DNA of 43,701 bases. Origin: Alphaproteobacteria bacterium. GTDB lineage: Bacteria; Pseudomonadota; Alphaproteobacteria; UBA2136; JALTLI01. The notes below the pieces were generated by a model. It did not search any database and had not been told where the DNA came from. It worked only from the letters and a program-made list of their open reading frames with translations. The stretch is from positions 1 to 43,701 of the forward strand of contig JALTLI010000139.1 in NCBI GenBank assembly GCA_027005635.1, given 5' to 3'. This document shows, piece after piece, positions 38,925 to 43,701 of the stretch. The position numbers and the translations under genes are program-made. Each line of letters opens with the position of its first letter. The first letter of the stretch is position 1.

Positions 38925-40338
38925 ATATCAACTTAAAGCCATTGCACGGGGTACTATTCAAAAATACTTAGCCTATTTTTTAGATCCGGGCTTAGGTAAA
39001 ACTTCAATAATATTAATGTTATTTAAAATTTTGAAACATGCTGGCCTTGTAAAATCTATGCTGATAGTAGCACCCTTACGCCCATGTTTTTTAGTATGGC
39101 CTAAAGAAGTTCAGAAGTGGTCTAATTTCAGTGATCTATCAATATGTGTTTTACATAATGAATGGAAAGTAAAAAAGGAAATTTCTATTAAACAAAAGCA
39201 TGATATTTATGTTATTAATCCTGAAGGATTACCTTGGTTAAAAACTCAATTAAAAGGAAAGAGAAAAAAGAATTGGCCTTTTGATATGCTGGTAGTAGAT
39301 GAATCCACCAAATTTAAAAATATGAGTAGCCAGAGGTTTAAAAATATAAAAAAAATGCTTCCTGCTTTTATGAGAAGGTATATTTTAACCGGTACACCCA
39401 TCCCTAATGGATTAGATAATATTCAAGGCCAAATTGCTTTAGTAGATTTAGGGCAGACTTTTGGGATAGTAAAGAAATATTTTCATCATGATTATTTTAA
39501 ACAGATAGGAAAGCCAGAATGGAATCAATGGGTTCCAAAAAATGAAGAAAGTGCTGAAGCTATTTATAAAAAAGTAGCCCCTTTTGCTATGAGGATGAAA
39601 GGATCTGATTACTTGGATTTACCTGAGAGAATAGATAATATAATTAAAATAAAACTTACAAGAAAAGCCCGTAAACATTATGAAGAAGTTGAAAATGAAC
39701 TATTTACATTAATTGATAATAAAGATATTAACGCTTCTACCAGCGGGGTAGCAGCTATTAAATGTCAGCAGATAGCCAATGGTTCTATTTATTATGATGA
39801 TGATCCAATAAACCCACAATATAAAAATAATGATAACAGACCATACCATATTATCCATACCGCTAAACTTGATGCCCTTGAAGATCTGATAGAAGAACTA
39901 AACGGAAAACCATTATTAATCGGATATAAATTTAAGCATGATTGGAAACAATTAAAAAAACGATTTAAAAAGGATATTGTGACATTAGGAAAAGGCACTT
40001 CTATGAAAGAAGCCTTGAAAATAGAAGCACAATTTAACAAAGGAAAAATTAAGTTATTAGCGGCATACCCCGGAACAGCAGCTTTAGGGCTAAATCTTCA
40101 GGAAGCATGTAATAATGTATGCTGGTATTCAATGATACATGATTGGGAAGCCTATGATCAGTTTATTAAACGTGCTGAAAGGCAAGGAAACCACCATGAT
40201 CATGTAATGAACCATTTATTAATTGCAGAAAATACGGTAGATGAAGGGATATATAGATCTGTTACATCTAAAGGGGCTACTGAAGAAACATTTTTAAATG
40301 CAATGGTAAAATATAGAAATATTAAAAAACTCTTTTAA
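38863..40338 (+). CDS. SNF2-family (DEAD-like) helicase
   Basis: 'LDPGLGKTS' (motif I), 'LVVDESTKFKN' (II), 'LTGTPIPN' (III), 'FIKRAERQGN' (VI). There is a 62-nt overlap with VRR-NUC if the ATG at 38863 is used. Confidence 0.85.
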   Translation: MFVPVKKRRIRSLSKKWNPHKYQLKAIARGTIQKYLAYFLDPGLGKTSIILMLFKILKHAGLVKSMLIVAPLRPCFLVWPKEVQKWSNFSDLSICVLHNEWKVKKEISIKQKHDIYVINPEGLPWLKTQLKGKRKKNWPFDMLVVDESTKFKNMSSQRFKNIKKMLPAFMRRYILTGTPIPNGLDNIQGQIALVDLGQTFGIVKKYFHHDYFKQIGKPEWNQWVPKNEESAEAIYKKVAPFAMRMKGSDYLDLPERIDNIIKIKLTRKARKHYEEVENELFTLIDNKDINASTSGVAAIKCQQIANGSIYYDDDPINPQYKNNDNRPYHIIHTAKLDALEDLIEELNGKPLLIGYKFKHDWKQLKKRFKKDIVTLGKGTSMKEALKIEAQFNKGKIKLLAAYPGTAALGLNLQEACNNVCWYSMIHDWEAYDQFIKRAERQGNHHDHVMNHLLIAENTVDEGIYRSVTSKGATEETFLNAMVKYRNIKKLF

Positions 40339-40389
40339 AATATTTGATTTTTTTATTATTTTAATATAATATTTGTATTACATTAATTC

Positions 40390-40641
40390 ATGAGGTTAAT
40401 GAAAATGCCTATAAAAATAGATACTGATGAATATTTATCTAAAAATAATTCTTCAGAATTTAGAGCCATAATAAAAGAAAATCAGATTAAAAAATGGTTT
40501 TTTTGTATAGGCTTTGATATATCTTATGTGGTTATAGGTACATATCACAATGCGTGTGAATCTGTAAAAAAATATTTCAAAACTAGCTATAAAGCCAGTT
40601 ATGGAATAATTAAACTTTCTAAAATTGAAGATATAAATTAA
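40390..40641 (+). CDS. Hypothetical protein (83 aa)
   Basis: ORF track. Confidence 0.45.
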   Translation: MRLMKMPIKIDTDEYLSKNNSSEFRAIIKENQIKKWFFCIGFDISYVVIGTYHNACESVKKYFKTSYKASYGIIKLSKIEDIN

Positions 40642-40652
40642 AGGTAAATAAT

Positions 40653-40964
40653 ATGGCTACTAAAAAGGCTGGAAAAAAAGTAACTGCAAAATCCATCATT
40701 ACTAAAGGTATTAAATCAGGCTGGACTATGGCACGGATTATAAAAGATGTGCTTAAAAAAGTACCGGGTTCAAAAATCAGTGAACAGGTAGTACGGGTTT
40801 ATGCTTCATCTATGTGTAAATCTGGTGAAATTTCACAGCAACAGAAAGAAAAATATCTGATTCGTAAAACAGGTAAAGCCGTGGCTAAAAAGAAAGTAGT
40901 TAAAAAGAAACCCCCAATGAAGAAAGCAGTTAAGAAGAAAGCGGCTAAGAAAAAAGCAAAATAA
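40653..40964 (+). CDS. Lysine-rich histone-H1/Hc1-like DNA-binding protein
   Basis: 103 aa with a globular N-part followed by 'KAVAKKKVVKKKPPMKKAVKKKAAKKKAK'. Confidence 0.55.
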   Translation: MATKKAGKKVTAKSIITKGIKSGWTMARIIKDVLKKVPGSKISEQVVRVYASSMCKSGEISQQQKEKYLIRKTGKAVAKKKVVKKKPPMKKAVKKKAAKKKAK

Positions 40965-40966
40965 TT

Positions 40967-41158
40967 TTGAAAGCTGTTATTAAAAAGCGTGGGGGGATAG
41001 AGCTAAAATGTTCTATTACCCCTATTTGTAAATATTCTGATTTAGTATTAGTTGAAGTTAAAGCAATTAAAGGCCATGGGTATGCATTAACTACTTGTGG
41101 CATAAAAGATGCTAGAAAAACAACCAGAAAACTTATAAGAACATTGCTTCATAAGTGA
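40967..41158 (+). CDS. Hypothetical protein (63 aa, TTG start)
   Basis: ORF track. Non-ATG start, last ORF of the plus arm. Confidence 0.3.
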   Translation: MKAVIKKRGGIELKCSITPICKYSDLVLVEVKAIKGHGYALTTCGIKDARKTTRKLIRTLLHK

Positions 41159-41263
41159 ATGCTTATGCTCCCTGTAATCCATTCTAAGGGGTTTTTTCAT
41201 ATATAGGGCTGTAATGATACCCATATAGGCTGTTTAATAGCACCTACCCCCATTTTTTATAGT

Positions 41264-41551
41264 TCAATTAGTATAAAATCCCAATAAATAAGAACCTCTG
41301 ACTGCTACCCAATAGATAATAGCTATGGGTAGGTACAAAATGCTCTTTGAAATAATACCCTGAAAAAATAGATTATCAGCCCGGAATGCCGAAACTGGCT
41401 TGAATCTTCTTAACATATCATGCATAACACAGAACTTTTTAATACCCAGATCCGGGGCATAAGTACACCCATCTGTTTTATGGCCTTCATCTAATTTTTG
41501 TTGTGTAAATTCCATAGCTTCCTGAAGATCCATATTTTTTAATTTTCTCAT
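41264..41551 (-). CDS. Small membrane-anchored protein with a prokaryotic phospholipase-A2-like motif
   Basis: 'DGCTYAPD-x7-CVMHD' parallels the 'CTxAPD...CxxHD' of bacterial secreted PLA2. C-terminal hydrophobic span 'ILYLPIAIIYWVAV'. The start at 41551 is preferred (RBS AAAGGTAGA). Confidence 0.4.
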   Translation of the reverse strand: MRKLKNMDLQEAMEFTQQKLDEGHKTDGCTYAPDLGIKKFCVMHDMLRRFKPVSAFRADNLFFQGIISKSILYLPIAIIYWVAVRGSYLLGFYTN

Positions 41552-41670
41552 TATTCTACCTTTATAAATTTGAAATACCATTTTCTGTAAGATCAATACA
41601 TAATGGTTTCCTCTTTGCGCCTGTTATCTTTGCATAACTACTTCTTAAACTAGACATAATTTCAACCTTT

Positions 41671-43266
41671 CTATATTGAACTGAATCTATAATTTTTACC
41701 TAATCCAAAATTAGTATGTCTTTTTACTTGAGTAGAATGTTTTTTAGTTCCATTTAAAATACCATCAGCTTCAATATAATTAATTATCATATTTCCCTGT
41801 TTCTTTAATTCTATTGATAAATATGTAGCCCTTGCTTCTGGTATTGTATATGGATTCCTCCCTGTCCAATCTGCCAGCCAATTTACAATAGTTCCCCTAT
41901 AATAATATTTTTCCTTTATTAAAGGGTGTAATCTGTGTGAGAAAGCAGGACATACCGCACCTGAAGAACATTCTAAAATATTTAATTCCACATTATTTTC
42001 ATCCTGTGGAAAATATAAATAATATTCATAAGGTCTATGTGTATCCCCATGCCACCCCACTACCGGGGCATTATAAGCCTGTGCTTTTGCACATACACTA
42101 TCATTTAATGATGTCATTAATGATCTAAATTCAGAAACATAACTGATAGTATCCCCTGAAGTATCAGCGGTATAATCATGTAATGGCTGCTGTGCCCCAA
42201 ACCATGAGCTATTATACCATCCACTAGATTTTTCTGATAACCTAAAACTGGCATCAGAAATGTGTTTACAGCTTAAAGGCAAAGCCACCACTTTAAAAGG
42301 GCTGGAAGTATCTAATGCATTTTTAATATCTACTATTTGTGCATCACCTAATAGTTTATTAGCTGAAATATTATTAGTTTCAGTAGCAGTATCATAATAT
42401 AGTGTTAGTGGGGTTAAAGAAAAACACCTATCTAATGCTATGACTTCCAATGATCCTACTCTTTGAACCCATGCAGCACTATTATTAATGTTTAAATATG
42501 TATTGGTAGCACCAACAGTATTTAAAAAAGCATTTTTGGCAGTTAAAATCTGTGCTGCTGTTAATGTATCATCTTCAGCAGGATTATTTTTTAATTCCCA
42601 ATCCCCAACACTTGCCCATTTTGGGCAATTTTCCCGGCAATAAATACGATCTTCTTCATTAAAATCTGGTACATATCCTACATTGTCCTGATCAGTTTCC
42701 ATCAACCCCAGATAACATGCATAGGCAAGATACCGACTATACTCTGTCCAATCTACACGGGGTTCCCCTGCATACCTTCCTGTTCCGTTTGTTCCCGTAT
42801 CATTTGTTCCTAATCTGCCTGTATATCCATGATCATCAGTGTGTATAATTGTTTGAACATTCCCTTCTTCTATTTCCCTTCTGATTGACTTCCAAGCACC
42901 TACACCTAAAGTTAAAGATCCAAAAGAATCACATGTAATAAATATTATCTTACTATCAACATCACCCAGATCGGGGTTAGTTTTACCCTTACGGGTTATC
43001 CCATCCTGCGTAACAGATAAATTAATTCTTTCCTGTTTTAATCCTAATATATCAACTGTAGCCACATACAAAGCTACAGGATATACATCAGAAGAATCAG
43101 TAGCCCCACCTATTCCATCAGTACCAAAACCTATCATATTTAATACTTGTGGGGATCTTCCATCTACTGTTAAAGTAACGGGTGAATTTGAAAAGCTATA
43201 AACAGCAAATTTAACACTACTACTATTTATTATGCCTGTACCAAATGTAAAAGGTAATTTAGCCAT
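41671..43266 (-). CDS. PhoD-like metallophosphoesterase-fold protein (divergent)
   Basis: 531 aa. A beta-sandwich-like N-domain, then 'IIFITCDS', 'TIIHTDDHGYT', 'SVGDWELKNN' and 'GWHGDTH' in the same order and spacing as PhoD 'FAFASCQ', 'HLGDYIYE', 'TWDDHEVENN' and 'LTGDVH'. No signal peptide. Confidence 0.4.
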   Translation of the reverse strand: MAKLPFTFGTGIINSSSVKFAVYSFSNSPVTLTVDGRSPQVLNMIGFGTDGIGGATDSSDVYPVALYVATVDILGLKQERINLSVTQDGITRKGKTNPDLGDVDSKIIFITCDSFGSLTLGVGAWKSIRREIEEGNVQTIIHTDDHGYTGRLGTNDTGTNGTGRYAGEPRVDWTEYSRYLAYACYLGLMETDQDNVGYVPDFNEEDRIYCRENCPKWASVGDWELKNNPAEDDTLTAAQILTAKNAFLNTVGATNTYLNINNSAAWVQRVGSLEVIALDRCFSLTPLTLYYDTATETNNISANKLLGDAQIVDIKNALDTSSPFKVVALPLSCKHISDASFRLSEKSSGWYNSSWFGAQQPLHDYTADTSGDTISYVSEFRSLMTSLNDSVCAKAQAYNAPVVGWHGDTHRPYEYYLYFPQDENNVELNILECSSGAVCPAFSHRLHPLIKEKYYYRGTIVNWLADWTGRNPYTIPEARATYLSIELKKQGNMIINYIEADGILNGTKKHSTQVKRHTNFGLGKNYRFSSI

Positions 43267-43293
43267 TTATCACTTCCTATTAAAATATATTTA

Positions 43294-43701
43294 TTACCAT
43301 ACCCGTAAATTACTGATTCTGATATTTGAATCAGCATTACCACCAAAATAAAAATATGATCCACCATAAAATCTATTTGTAGCAATAATCACAGGTTCCA
43401 TTGAACCAATTTTTACAGATATATTTTCCCTATTATCCGATATAACTACCGGTGTTTTTGTTGTTCCAAGTTCGCCACCTGCTACTGTATCTATTAATGT
43501 ATTATTAATAACATCATTTCCCTTATCATCAGTTTCAATTTCACGAACACGCACATATACATCTGGTGATGTATCACGAATACGAATCTCAATTAATTTT
43601 GAAACAGCAATTTCACCATAATAATTACCATCATTTCGTATGCCAATAAATAACGCTTTTCCCGCTGTAGCAAATGTTAAATCAAATGCTATTGTATTTC
43701 C
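43294..43701 (-). CDS. 3' part of the wrap-around CDS (joins 1..349)
   Basis: The frame of ORF 43294..43554 stays open upstream to the window end. The track's 'M' at 43554 is a GTG Val codon inside the longer gene. Confidence 0.7.
   Translation of the reverse strand, partial: GNTIAFDLTFATAGKALFIGIRNDGNYYGEIAVSKLIEIRIRDTSPDVYVRVREIETDDKGNDVINNTLIDTVAGGELGTTKTPVVISDNRENISVKIGSMEPVIIATNRFYGGSYFYFGGNADSNIRISNLRVW
43575..43701. repeat. Second copy of the 127-nt end repeat
   Basis: Identical to nt 1-127. Confidence 0.95.

Noticed and set aside
40344-40370. Promoter TTGATT-N15-TATAAT upstream of 40390
   Set aside because: The spacer is only 15 nt and the sequence is generic AT-rich. It is not repeated elsewhere, unlike the two recurrent promoter classes.
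41159-41263. Bidirectional terminator at the convergence of the two arms
   Set aside because: T-runs are present (41193-98, 41253-58), but I could only draw 3-4-bp or bulged stems (CCCT/AGGG; TATAGGG/CCCATA). This is too weak to annotate.

Overview
The window is one complete, visibly AT-rich tailed-phage genome with a contractile-tail (myovirus-type) gene set, linearised at an arbitrary point. Nt 1-127 are repeated exactly at 43575-43701, so the unique unit is 43,574 bp, and one gene runs across the window ends. Two transcription arms diverge from a repeat-rich 0.58-kb control region (22013-22593) and converge near 41.2 kb.

The minus-strand late arm runs 22012 -> 1 and wraps 43701 -> 41264. 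It encodes small and large terminase, portal, a Mu-F-like head protein, a scaffold/protease-like protein, a decoration-like protein, major capsid, connectors, sheath and tube. These are followed by a G/GT-type chaperone pair, tape measure and a Mu/P2-type baseplate whose gpI-like subunit carries a 5-blade repeat domain. Then come a fibre and a four-gene lysis cassette (amidase, 2-TM holin-like protein, overlapping i-/o-spanins). The arm ends with cargo genes, including a PhoD-like phosphoesterase candidate and a small PLA2-motif membrane protein.

The plus-strand early/middle arm (22594-41158) starts with an Xis/AlpA-type HTH protein and a primase-SF3 helicase. Next is a cassette island (26.2-30.6 kb) in which small genes are each driven by a near-identical sigma70 promoter with a conserved quasi-palindromic spacer. 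The island includes a catalytic-motif-less HsdM-like protein and DUF2958-/DUF932-like genes typical of conjugative elements. After it comes a divergent-promoter switch with an unannotated, apparently leaderless RHH gene on the opposite strand. The arm finishes with a replication/recombination module (Cas4-like exonuclease, DUF2815-type SSB, family A polymerase, ThyA, VRR-NUC, SNF2 helicase) and a lysine-rich H1-like protein.

I saw no integrase, transposase, tRNA, rRNA or CRISPR array. All family names come from motif recognition by eye and need profile-HMM confirmation.
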